From Azolla caroliniana (lineage: Eukaryota; Plantae; Polypodiophyta), in NCBI GenBank assembly GCA_043228905.1, contig JBHGNT010000006.1:124001-188000 (forward strand): a stretch of DNA of 64,000 bases, read 5' to 3'. Numbering within the stretch: the first letter of the stretch is position 1; each line of letters begins with the position of its first letter. Both the position numbers and the translations under genes were made by a program. Shown here in pieces: positions 40,101 to 53,632 of the stretch. The notes beneath the pieces are model-generated. The model made no database searches. It saw only the letters and a list, made by a program, of their open reading frames with translations, and was not told the DNA's origin.

Positions 40101-43100
40101 TTTTTAATTCTATATGATAGCTAGCGTTGTTAGCTTCGATTCGCATGTTTGAACACAAAAATCCGATATCACACGAGCCAGGTATGAACATTTTAATTTA
40201 CCTACTAGCTCTTCTCAACTAACTCCTCAAATTTGGTAATTTCGTCATGTCTCTCGACCTGAGTTTCAAAATCTTGATTTTTTAATTCCATATCATAGCT
40301 AGCGTTGTTAGCTTCGCTTCGCATGTTTGTACACAAAAATCCGATATCACACGAGCCAGGTATGAACATTTTAATTTACCTACTAGCTCTTCTCAACTCA
40401 CTCCTCAAATTTGGTAATTTCGTCATGTCTCTCGACCTGAGTTTCAAAATCTTGATTTTTTAATTCTATATGATAGCTAGCGTTGTTAGCTTCGATTCGC
40501 ATATTTGAACACAAATATCCGATATCACACGAGCCAGGTATGAACATTTTAATTTACTCAAGGGCTCCTCTCAACTCACTCCTGAAATTTGGTAATTACG
40601 TCATGTCTCTCGACCTGAGTTTCAAAATCTTGATTTTTTAATTCTATATGATAGCTAGCGTTGTTAGCTTCGATTCGCATGTTTGAACACAAAAATCCGA
40701 TATCACACGAGCCAGGTATGAACATTTTAATTTACCTACTAGCTCTTCTCAACTCAATCCTCAAATTTGGTAATTTCGTCATGTCTCTCGACCTGAGTTT
40801 CAAAATCTTGATTTTTTAATTCCATATCATAGCTAGCGTTGTTAGCTTCGATTCGCATGTTTGTACACAAAAATCTGATATCACACGAGCCAGGTATGAA
40901 CATTTTAATTTACTCAAGCGCTCCTCTCAACTCACTCCTCAAATTTGGTAATTACGTCATGTCTCTGGACCTGAGTTTCCAAATCTTGATTTTTTAATTC
41001 CATATGATAGCTAGCGTTGTTAGCTTCGATTCGCATGTTTGAACACAAAAATCCGATATCACACGAGCCAGGTATGAACATTTTAATTTACCTACTAGCT
41101 CTTGTCAACTGAGTTCTCAAATTTGGTAATTTCGTCATGTCTCTCGACCTGAGTTTCAGAATCTTGATTTTTTAATTCCATATCATAGCTAGCGTTGTTA
41201 GCTTCGATTCGCATGTTTGTACTCAAAAATCCGATGTTACACGAGCCAGGTATGAACATTTTTATTTACCTACTAGCTCTTCTCAACTCAATCCTCAAAT
41301 TTGGTAATTTCGTCATGTCTCTCGACCTGAGTTTCAAAATCTTGATTTTTTAATTCTATATGATAGCTAGCGTTGTTAGCTTCGATTCGCATGTTTGAAC
41401 ACAAAAATCCGATATCACACGAGCCAGGTATGAACATTTTAATTTACCTACTAGCTCTTCTCAACTCAATCCTCAAACTTGGTATTTTCTTCATGTCTCT
41501 CGACCTGAGTTTCAAAATCTTGATTTTTTAATTCTATATCATAGCTAGCGTTGTTAGCTTCGATTCGCATGTTTGTACACAAAAATCCGATATCACAGGA
41601 GCCAGGTATGAACATTTTTATTTACTCAAGGGCTCCTCTCAACTCACTCCTCAAATTTGGTAATTACGTCATGTCTCTCGACCTGAGTTTCAAAATCTTG
41701 ATTTTTTAATTTCATATCATAGCTAGCGTTGTTAGCTTCGATTTGCATGTTTGAACACAAAAATCCGATATCACACGAGCCAGGTATGAACATTTTAATT
41801 TACTCAAGCGCTCCTCTCAACTCACTCCTCAAATTTGGTAATTACGTCATGTCTCTGGACCTGAGTTTCAAAATCTTGATTTTTTAATTCCATATGATAG
41901 CTAGCGTTGTTAGCTTCGATTCGCATGTTTGAACACAAAAATCCGATATCACACGAGCCAGGTATGAACATTTTAAGTTACCTACTAGCTCTTCTCAACT
42001 GAGTTCTCAAATTTGGTAATTTCGTCATGTCTCTCGACCTGAGTTTCAAAATCTTGATTTTTTAATTCTATATAATAGCTAGCGTTGTTAGCTTCGATTC
42101 GCATGTTTGAACATAAAAATCCGATATCACACGAGCCAGGTATGAACATTTTAATTTACCTACTAGCTCTTCTCAACTGAATGCTCAAATTTGGTAATTT
42201 CGTCATGTCTCTCGACCTTAGTTTCAAAAACTTGATTTTTTAATTCCATATCATAGCTAGCGTTGTTAGCTTCGATTCGCATGTTTGAACACAAATATCC
42301 GATATCACACGAGCCAGGTATGAACATTTTAATTTACTCAAGGGCTCCTCTCAACTCACTCCTGAAATTTGGTAATTACGTCATGTCTCTCGACCTGAGT
42401 TTCAAAATCTTGATTTTTTAATTCTATATGATAGCTAGCGTTGTTAGCTTCGATTCGCATGTTTGAACACAAAAATCCGATATCACACGAGCCAGGTATG
42501 AACATTTTAATTTACCTACTAGCTCTTCTCAACTCAATCCTCAAATTTGGTAATTTCGTCATGTCTCTCGGCCTGAGTTTCAAAATCTTGATTTTTTAAT
42601 TCCATATCATAGCTAGCGTTGTTAGCTTCGATTTGCATGTTTGTACACAAAAATCCAATATCACACGAGCCAGGTATGAACATTTTTATTTACCTACTAG
42701 CTCTTCTCAACTAACTCCTCAAATTTGGTAACTTCGTCATGTCTCTCGACCTGAGTTTCAAAATCTTGATTTTTTAATTCCATATGATAGCTAGCGTTGT
42801 TAGCTTCGCTTCGCATGTTTGTACACAAAAATCCGATATCACACGAGCCAGGTATGAACATTTTAATTTACCTACTAGCTCTTCTCAACTCAATCCTCAA
42901 ATTTGGTAATTTCGTCATGTCTCTCGGCCTGAGTTTCAAAATCTTGATTTTTTAATTCCATATCATAGCTAGCGTTGTTAGCTTCGATTCGCATGTTTGT
43001 ACACAAAAATCCGATATCACACGAGCCAGGTATGAACATTTTAATTTACTCAAGGGCTCCTCTCAACTCACTCCTAAAATTTGGTAATTACGTCATGTCT

Positions 43101-46100
43101 CTCGACCTGAGTTTCAAAATCTTGATTTTTTAATTCCATATCATAGCTAGCGTTGTTAGCTTCGATTTGCATGTTTGAACACAAAAATCCGATATCACAC
43201 GAGCCAGGTATGAACATTTTAATTTACTCAAGCGCTCCTCTCAACTCACTCCTCAAATTTGGTAATTACGTCATGTCTCTCGACCTGAGTTTCAAAATCT
43301 TGATTTTTTAATTCTATATGATAGCTAGCGTTGTTAGCTTCGATTCGCATGTTTGAACACAAAAATCCGATATCACACGAGCCAGGTATGAACATTTTAA
43401 TTTACCTACTAGCTCTTCTCAACTAACTCCTCAAATTTGGTAATTTCGTCATGTCTCTCGACCTGAGTTTCAAAATCTTGATTTTTTAATTCCATATCAT
43501 AGCTAGCGTTGTTAGCTTCGCTTCGCATGTTTGTACACAAAAATCCGATATCACACGAGCCAGGTATGAACATTTTAATTTACCTACTAGCTCTTCTCAA
43601 CTCACTCCTCAAATTTGGTAATTTCGTCATGTCTCTCGACCTGAGTTTCAAAATCTTGATTTTTTAATTCTATATGATAGCTAGCGTTGTTAGCTTCGAT
43701 TCGCATATTTGAACACAAATATCCGATATCACACGAGCCAGGTATGAACATTTTAATTTACTCAAGGGCTCCTCTCAACTCACTCCTGAAATTTGGTAAT
43801 TACGTCATGTCTCTCGACCTGAGTTGCAAAATCTTGATTTTTTAATTCTATATGATAGCTAGCGTTGTTAGCTTCGATTCGCATGTTTGAACACAAAAAT
43901 CCGATATCACACGAGCCAGGTATGAACATTTTAATTTACCTACTAGCTCTTCTCAACTCAATCCTCAAATTTGGTAATTTCGTCATGTCTCTCGACCTGA
44001 GTTTCAAAATCTTGATTTTTTAATTCCATATCATAGCTAGCGTTGTTAGCTTCGATTCGCATGTTTGTACACAAAAATCTGATATCACACGAGCCAGGTA
44101 TGAACATTTTTATTTACCTACTAGCTCTTCTCAACTCACTCCTCAAATTTGGTAATTACGTCATGTCTCTCGAGCTGATTTTCAAAATCTTGATTTTTTA
44201 ATTCTATATGATAGCTAGCATTGTTAGCTTCCATTCTCATGTTTGAATAGAAAAATCCGATATCACACGAGCCAGGTATGAACATTTTAATTTACTCAAG
44301 GACTCCTCTCAACTGACTCCTCAAATTTGGTAATTTCGTCATGTCTCTCGACCTGAGTTTCAGAATCTTGATATTTTTATTCCATATCATAGCTAGCGTT
44401 GTTAGCTTCGATTCGCCTGTTTGAATATAAAAATCCGATGTCACACGAGCCAGGTATGAACATTTTAATTTACCTACTAGCTCTTCTCAACTAACTCCTC
44501 AAATTTGGTAATTACGTCATGTCTCTCGACCTGAGTTTCAAAATCTTGATTTTTTAATTCTATATGATAGCTAGCGTTGTTAGCTTCGATTCGCATGTTT
44601 GAACACAAAAATCCGATATCACACGAGCCAGGTATGAACATTTTAATTTACCTACTAGCTCTTCTCAACTAACTCCTCAAATTTGGTAATTTCGTCATGT
44701 CTCTCGACCTGAGTTTCAAAATCTTGATTTTTTAATTCCATATCATAGCTAGCGTTGTTAGCTTCGCTTCGCATGTTTGTACACAAAAATCCGATATCAC
44801 ACGAGCCAGGTATGAACATTTTAATTTACCTACTAGCTCTTCTCAACTCACTCCTCAAATTTGGTAATTTCGTCATGTCTCTCGACCTGAGTTTCAAAAT
44901 CTTGATTTTTTAATTCTATATGATAGCTAGCGTTGTTAGCTTCGATTCGCATATTTGAACACAAATATCCGATATCACACGAGCCAGGTATGAACATTTT
45001 AATTTACTCAAGGGCTCCTCTCAACTCACTCCTGAAATTTGGTAATTACGTCATGTCTCTCGACCTGAGTTTCAAAATCTTGATTTTTTAATTCTATATG
45101 ATAGCTAGCGTTGTTAGCTTCGATTCGCATGTTTGAACACAAAAATCCGATATCACACGAGCCAGGTATGAACATTTTAATTTACCTACTAGCTCTTCTC
45201 AACTCAATCCTCAAATTTGGTAATTTCGTCATGTCTCTCGACCTGAGTTTCAAAATCTTGATTTTTTAATTCCATATCATAGCTAGCGTTGTTAGCTTCG
45301 ATTCGCATGTTTGTACACAAAAATCTGATATCACACGAGCCAGGTATGAACATTTTAATTTACTCAAGCGCTCCTCTCAACTCACTCCTCAAATTTGGTA
45401 ATTACGTCATGTCTCTGGACCTGAGTTTCCAAATCTTGATTTTTTAATTCCATATGATAGCTAGCGTTGTTAGCTTCGATTCGCATGTTTGAACACAAAA
45501 ATCCGATATCACACGAGCCAGGTATGAACATTTTAATTTACCTACTAGCTCTTGTCAACTGAGTTCTCAAATTTGGTAATTTCGTCATGTCTCTCGACCT
45601 GAGTTTCAGAATCTTGATTTTTTAATTCCATATCATAGCTAGCGTTGTTAGCTTCGATTCGCATGTTTGTACTCAAAAATCCGATGTTACACGAGCCAGG
45701 TATGAACATTTTTATTTACCTACTAGCTCTTCTCAACTCAATCCTCAAATTTGGTAATTTCGTCATGTCTCTCGACCTGAGTTTCAAAATCTTGATTTTT
45801 TAATTCTATATGATAGCTAGCGTTGTTAGCTTCGATTCGCATGTTTGAACACAAAAATCCGATATCACACGAGCCAGGTATGAACATTTTAATTTACCTA
45901 CTAGCTCTTCTCAACTCAATCCTCAAACTTGGTATTTTCTTCATGTCTCTCGACCTGAGTTTCAAAATCTTGATTTTTTAATTCTATATCATAGCTAGCG
46001 TTGTTAGCTTCGATTCGCATGTTTGTACACAAAAATCCGATATCACAGGAGCCAGGTATGAACATTTTTATTTACTCAAGGGCTCCTCTCAACTCACTCC

Positions 46101-48873
46101 TCAAATTTGGTAATTACGTCATGTCTCTCGACCTGAGTTTCAAAATCTTGATTTTTTAATTTCATATCATAGCTAGCGTTGTTAGCTTCGATTTGCATGT
46201 TTGAACACAAAAATCCGATATCACACGAGCCAGGTATGAACATTTTAATTTACTCAAGCGCTCCTCTCAACTCACTCCTCAAATTTGGTAATTACGTCAT
46301 GTCTCTGGACCTGAGTTTCAAAATCTTGATTTTTTAATTCCATATGATAGCTAGCGTTGTTAGCTTCGATTCGCATGTTTGAACACAAAAATCCGATATC
46401 ACACGAGCCAGGTATGAACATTTTAAGTTACCTACTAGCTCTTCTCAACTGAGTTCTCAAATTTGGTAATTTCGTCATGTCTCTCGACCTGAGTTTCAAA
46501 ATCTTGATTTTTTAATTCTATATAATAGCTAGCGTTGTTAGCTTCGATTCGCATGTTTGAACATAAAAATCCGATATCACACGAGCCAGGTATGAACATT
46601 TTAATTTACCTACTAGCTCTTCTCAACTGAATGCTCAAATTTGGTAATTTCGTCATGTCTCTCGACCTTAGTTTCAAAAACTTGATTTTTTAATTCCATA
46701 TCATAGCTAGCGTTGTTAGCTTCGATTCGCATGTTTGAACACAAATATCCGATATCACACGAGCCAGGTATGAACATTTTAATTTACTCAAGGGCTCCTC
46801 TCAACTCACTCCTGAAATTTGGTAATTACGTCATGTCTCTCGACCTGAGTTTCAAAATCTTGATTTTTTAATTCTATATGATAGCTAGCGTTGTTAGCTT
46901 CGATTCGCATGTTTGAACACAAAAATCCGATATCACACGAGCCAGGTATGAACATTTTAATTTACCTACTAGCTCTTCTCAACTCAATCCTCAAATTTGG
47001 TAATTTCGTCATGTCTCTCGGCCTGAGTTTCAAAATCTTGATTTTTTAATTCCATATCATAGCTAGCGTTGTTAGCTTCGATTTGCATGTTTGTACACAA
47101 AAATCCAATATCACACGAGCCAGGTATGAACATTTTTATTTACCTACTAGCTCTTCTCAACTAACTCCTCAAATTTGGTAACTTCGTCATGTCTCTCGAC
47201 CTGAGTTTCAAAATCTTGATTTTTTAATTCCATATGATAGCTAGCGTTGTTAGCTTCGCTTCGCATGTTTGTACACAAAAATCCGATATCACACGAGCCA
47301 GGTATGAACATTTTAATTTACCTACTAGCTCTTCTCAACTCAATCCTCAAATTTGGTAATTTCGTCATGTCTCTCGACCTGAGTTTCAAAATCTTGATTT
47401 TTTAATTCCATATCATAGCTAGCGTTGTTAGCTTCGATTCGCATGTTTGTACACAAAAATCCGATATCACACGAGCCAGGTATGAACATTTTAATTTACT
47501 TAAGGGCTCCTCTCAACTCACTCCTCAAATTTGGTAATTACGTCATGTCTCTCGACCTGAGTTTCAAAATCTTGATTTTTTAATTCTATATGATAGCTAG
47601 CGTTGTTAGCTTCGATTCGCATGTTTGAACACAAAAATCCGATATCACACGAGCCAGGTATGAACATTTTAATTTACCTACTAGCTCTTCTCAACTCAAT
47701 CCTCAAATTTGGTAATTTCGTCATGTCTCTCGACCTGAGTTTCAAAATCTTGATTTTTTAATTCCATATCATAGCTAGCGTTGTTAGCTTCGATTCGCAT
47801 GTTTGTACACAAAAATCTGATATCACACGAGCCAGGTATGAACATTTTTATTTACCTACTAGCTCTTCTCAACTCACTCCTCAAATTTGGTAATTACGTC
47901 ATGTCTCTCGAGCTGATTTTCAAAATCTTGATTTTTTAATTCTATATGATAGCAAGCATTGTTAGCTTCCATTCGCATGTTTGAATACAAAAATCCGATA
48001 TCACACGAGCTAGGTATGAACATTTTAATTTACTCAAGGACTCCTCTCAACTGACTCCTCAAATTTGGTAATTTCGTCATGTCTCTCGACCTGAGTTTCA
48101 GAATCTTGATTTTTTAACTCCATATCATAGCTAGCGTTGTTAGCTTCGATTCGCATGTTTGAATATAAAAATCCGATGTCACACGAGCCAGGTATGAACA
48201 TTTTAATTTACCTACTAGCTCTTCTCAACTCACTCCTCAAATTTGGTAATTTTGTCATGTCTCTCGACCTGAGTTTCAGAATTTTGATTTTTTAATTCCA
48301 TATCATAGCTAGCGTTGTTAGCTTCGATTTGCATGTTTGAATATAAAAATCCGATGTCACACGAGCCAGGTATGAACATTTTAATTTACCTACTAGCACT
48401 TCTCAACTCAGTTCTCATATTTGGTAATTTCGTCATGTCTCTCGACCTGAGTTTCAAAATCTTGATTTTTTAATTCTATATGATAGCTAGCGTTGTTAGC
48501 TTCGATTCGCATGTTTGAACATAAAAATCCGATATCACACGAGCCAGGTATGAACATTTTTATTTACCTACTAGCTCTTCTCAACTGAGTTCTCAAATTT
48601 GGTAATTTCGTCATGTCTCTCGACCTGAGTTTCAGAATCTTGATTTTTTAATTCCATATCATAGCTAGCGTTGTTAGCTTCGATTCGCATGTTTGTACTC
48701 AAAAATCCGATGTCACACGAGCCAGGTATGAACATTTTTATTTACCTACTAGCTCTTCTCAACTCAATCCTCAAATTTGGTAATTTCGTCATGTCTCTCG
48801 ACCTGAGTTTCAAAATCTTGATTTTTTAATTCTATATGATAGCTAGCGTTGTTAGCTTCGATTCGCATGTTTG
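31186..48873. repeat. 37-monomer (6586 bp) tandem duplication whose second copy contains a 25-monomer tandem duplication
   Basis: AACTTACTCC at 31495/38081 (6586). GAGTTGCAAA at 32785, 39371, 43821. AGCAAGCATT at 36915/47951 (11036 = 6586+4450). Confidence 0.92.
38373..47376. repeat. 25-monomer (4450 bp) tandem duplication
   Basis: GAGTTGCAAA 39371/43821, CAAACTTGGTATTTTC 41474/45924, GGTAACTTCG 42727/47177. Confidence 0.92.
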
Positions 48874-51800
48874 AACACAAAAATCCGATATCACACGAGC
48901 CAGGTATGAACATTTTAAGTTACCTACTAGCTCTTCTCAACTGAGTTCTCAAATTTGGTAATTTCGTCATGTCTCTCGACCTGAGTTTCAAAATCTTGAT
49001 TTTTTAATTCTATATGATAGCTAGCGTTGTTAGCTTCGATTCGCATGTTTGAACATAAAAATCCGATATCACACGAGCCAGGTATGAACATTTTAATTTA
49101 CCTACTAGCTCTTCTCAACTGAATGCTCAAATTTGGTAATTTCGTCATGTCTCTCGACCTTAGTTTCAAAATCTTGATTTTTTAATTCCATATCATAGCT
49201 AGCGTTGTTAGCTTCGATTCGCATGTTTGAACACAAATATCCGATATCACACGAGCCAGGTATGAACATTTTAATTTACTCAAGGGCTCCTCTCAACTCA
49301 CTCCTGAAATTTGGTAATTACGTCATGTCTCTCGACCTGAGTTTCAAAATCTTGATTTTTTAATTCTATATGATAGCTAGCGTTGTTAGCTTCGATTCGC
49401 ATGTTTGAACACAAAAATCCGATATCACACGAGCCAGGTATGAACATTTTAATTTACCTACTAGCTCTTCTCAACTCAATCCTCAAATTTGGTAATTTCG
49501 TCATGTCTCTCGGCCTGAGTTTCAAAATCTTGATTTTTTAATTCCATATCATAGCTAGCGTTGTTAGCTTCGATTTGCATGTTTGTACACAAAAATCCAA
49601 TATCACACGAGCCAGGTATGAACATTTTTATTTACCTACTAGCTCTTCTCAACTAACTCCTCAAATTTGGTAACTTCGTCATGTCTCTCGACCTGAGTTT
49701 CAAAATCTTGATTTTTTAATTCCATATCATAGCTAGCGTTGTTAGCTTCGCTTCGCATGTTTGTACACAAAAATCCGATATCACACGAGCCAGGTATGAA
49801 CATTTTAATTTACCTACTAGCTCTTCTCAACTCAATCCTCAAATTTGGTAATTTCGTCATGTCTCTCGACCTGAGTTTCAAAATCTTGATTTTTTAATTC
49901 CATATCATAGCTAGCGTTGTTAGCTTCGATTCGCATGTTTGTACACAAAAATCCGATATCACACGAGCCAGGTATGAACATTTTAATTTACTTAAGGGCT
50001 CCTCTCAACTCACTCCTCAAATTTGGTAATTACGTCATGTCTCTCGACCTGAGTTTCAAAATCTTGATTTTTTAATTCTATATGATAGCTAGCGTTGTTA
50101 GCTTCGATTCGCATGTTTGAACACAAAAATCCGATATCACACGAGCCAGGTATGAACATTTTAATTTACCGACTAGCTCTTCTCAACTCAATCCTCAAAT
50201 TTGGTAATTTCGTCATGTCTCTCGACCTGAGTTTCAAAATCTTGATTTTTTAATTCCATATCATAGCTAGCGTTGTTAGCTTCGATTCGCATGTTTGTAC
50301 ACAAAAATCTGATATCACACGAGCCAGGTATGAACATTTTTATTTACCTACGAGCTCTTCTCAACTCACTCCTCAAATTTGGTAATTTCGTCATGTCTCT
50401 CGACCTGAGTTTCAAAATCTTGATTTTTTAATTCCATATCATAGCTAGCGTTGTTAGCTTCGATTTGCATGTTTGAACACAAAAATCTGATATCACACGA
50501 GCCAGGTATGAACATTTTAATTTACTCAAGCGCTCCTCTCAACTCACTCCTCAAATTTGGTAATTACGTCATGTCTCTGGACCTGAGTTTCAAAATCTTG
50601 ATTTTTTAATTCCATATGATAGCTAGCGTTGTTAGCTTCGATTCGCATGTTTGAACACAAAAATCCGATATCACACGAGCCAGGTATGAACATTTTAATT
50701 TACCTACTAGCTCTTCTCAACTGAGTTCTCAAATTTGGTAATTTCGTCATGTCTCTCGACCTGAGTTTCAGAATCTTGATTTTTTTATTCCATATCATAG
50801 CTAGCGTTGTTAGCTTCGATTCGCATGTTTGTACACAAAAATCCGATATCACACGAGCCAGGTATGAACAGTTTAATTTACCTACTAGCTCTTCTCAACT
50901 CACTCCTCAAATTTGGTAATTTCGTCATGTCTCTCGACCTGAGTTTCAGAATCTTGATTTTTTAATTCCATATCATAGCTAGCGTTGTTAGCTTCGATTC
51001 GCATGTTTGAACATAAAAATCCGATATCACACGAGCCAGGTATGAACATTTTTATTTACCTACTAGCTCTTCTCAACTGAATGCTCAAATTTGGTAATTT
51101 CGTCATGTCTCTCGACCTTAGTTTCAAAATCTTGATTTTTTAATTCCATATCATAGCTAGCGTTGTTAGCTTCGATTCGCATGTTTGAACACAAATATCC
51201 GATATCACACGAGCCAGGTATGAACATTTTAATTTACTCAAGGGCTCCTCTCAACTCACTCCTGAAATTTGGTAATTACGTCATGTCTCTCGACCTGAGT
51301 TTCAAAATCTTGATTTTTTAATTCTATATGATAGCTAGCGTTGTTAGCTTCGATTCGCATGTTTGAACACAAAAATCCGATATCACACGAGCCAGGTATG
51401 AACATTTTAATTTACCTACTAGCTCTTCTCAACTCAATCCTCAAATTTGGTAATTTCGTCATGTCTCTCGGCCTGAGTTTCAAAATCTTGAATTTTTAAT
51501 TCCATATCATAGCTAGCGTTGTTAGCTTCGATTTGCATGTTTGTACACAAAAATCCAATATCACACGAGCCAGGTATGAACATTTTTATTTACCTACTAG
51601 CTCTTCTCAACTCACTCCTCAAATTTGGTAATTACGTCATGTCTCTCGAGCTGAGTTTCAAAATCTTCATTTTTTAATTCTAGATGATAGCTAGCATTGT
51701 TAGCTTCGATTCGCATGTTTGAACACAAAAATCCAATATCACACGAGCCAGGTATGAACAGTTTAATTTACCTACTAGCTCTTCTCAACTCACTCCTCAA

Positions 51801-53627
51801 ATTTGGTAATTTCGTCATGTCTCTCGACCTGAGTTTCAGAATCTTGATTTTTTAATTCCATATCATAGCTAGCGTTGTTAGCTTCGATTCGCATGTTTGT
51901 ACTCAAAAATCCGATGTCACACGAGCCAGGTATGAACATTTTTATTTACCTACTAGCTCTTCTCAACTCAATCCTCAAATTTGGTAATTTCGTCATGTCT
52001 CTCGACCTGAGTTTCAAAATCTTGATTTTTTAATTCTATATGATAGCTAGCGTTGTTAGCTTCGATTCGCATGTTTGAACACAAAAATCCGATATCACAC
52101 GAGCCAGGTATGAACATTTTAATTTACCTACTAGCTCTTCTCAACTGAGTTCTCAAATTTGGTAATTTCGTCATGTCTCTCGACCTGAGTTTCAGAATCT
52201 TGATTTTTTTATTCCATATCATAGCTAGCGTTGTTAGCTTCGATTCGCATGTTTGTACACAAAAATCCGATATCACACGAGCCAGGTATGAACAGTTTAA
52301 TTTACCTACTAGCTCTTCTCAACTCACTCCTCAAATTTGGTAATTTCGTCATGTCTCTCGACCTGAGTTTCAGAATCTTGATTTTTTAATTCCATATCAT
52401 AGCTAGCGTTGTTAGCTTCGATTCGCATGTTTGTACACAAAAATCCGATATCACACGAGCCAGGTATGAACATTTTAATTTACTTAAGGGCTCCTCTCAA
52501 CTCACTCCTCAAATTTGGTAATTACGTCATGTCTCTCGACCTGAGTTTCAAAATCTTGATTTTTTAATTCTATATGATAGCTAGCGTTGTTAGCTTCGAT
52601 TCGCATGTTTGAACACAAAAATCCGATATCACACGAGCCAGGTATGAACATTTTAAGTTACCTACTAGCTCTTCTCAACTGAGTTCTCAAATTTGGTAAT
52701 TTCGTCATGTCTCTCGACCTGAGTTTCAAAATCTTGATTTTTTAATTCCATATCATAGCTAGCGTTGTTAGCTTCGATTCGCATGTTTGAACACAAAAAT
52801 CCGATATCACACGAGCCAGGTATGAACATTTTAATTTACCTACTAGCTCTTCTCAACTCAATCCTCAAATTTGGTAATTTCGTCATGTCTCTCGACCTGA
52901 GTTTCAAAATCTTGATTTTTTAATTTCATATCATAGCTAGCGTTGTTAGCTTCGATTCGCATGTTTGTACACAAAAATCTGATATCACACGAGCCAGGTA
53001 TGAACATTTTTATTTACCTACGAGCTCTTCTCAACTCACTCCTCAAATTTGGTAATTTCGTCATGTCTCTCGACCTGAGTTTCAAAATCTTGATTTTTTA
53101 ATTCCATATCATAGCTAGCGTTGTTAGCTTCGATTTGCATGTTTGAACACAAAAATCTGATATCACACGAGCCAGGTATGAACATTTTAATTTACTCAAG
53201 CGCTCCTCTCAACTCACTCCTCAAATTTGGTAATTAAGTCATGTCTCTGGACCTGAGTTTCAAAATCTTGATTTTTTAATTCCATATGATAGCTAGCGTT
53301 GTTAGCTTCGATTCGCATGTTTGAACACAAAAATCCGATATCACACGAGCCAGGTATGAACATTTTAATTTACCTACTAGCTCTTCTCAACTGAGTTCTC
53401 AAATTTGGTAATTTCGTCATGTCTCTCGACCTGAGTTTCAGAATCTTGATTTTTTTATTCCATATCATAGCTAGCGTTGTTAGCTTCGATTCGCATGTTT
53501 GTACACAAAAATCCGATATCACACGAGCCAGGTATGAACAGTTTAATTTACCTACTAGCTCTTCTCAACTCACTCCTCAAATTTGGTAATTTCGTCATGT
53601 CTCTCGACCTGAGTTTCAGAATCTTGA

Positions 53628-53632
53628 TTTTT
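53628..53632. other. 1-bp deletion in T-tract (T5 vs consensus T6)
   Basis: ATCTTGATTTTTAATTCC; the monomer register shifts by 1 afterwards. This could be a homopolymer sequencing error. Confidence 0.8.
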
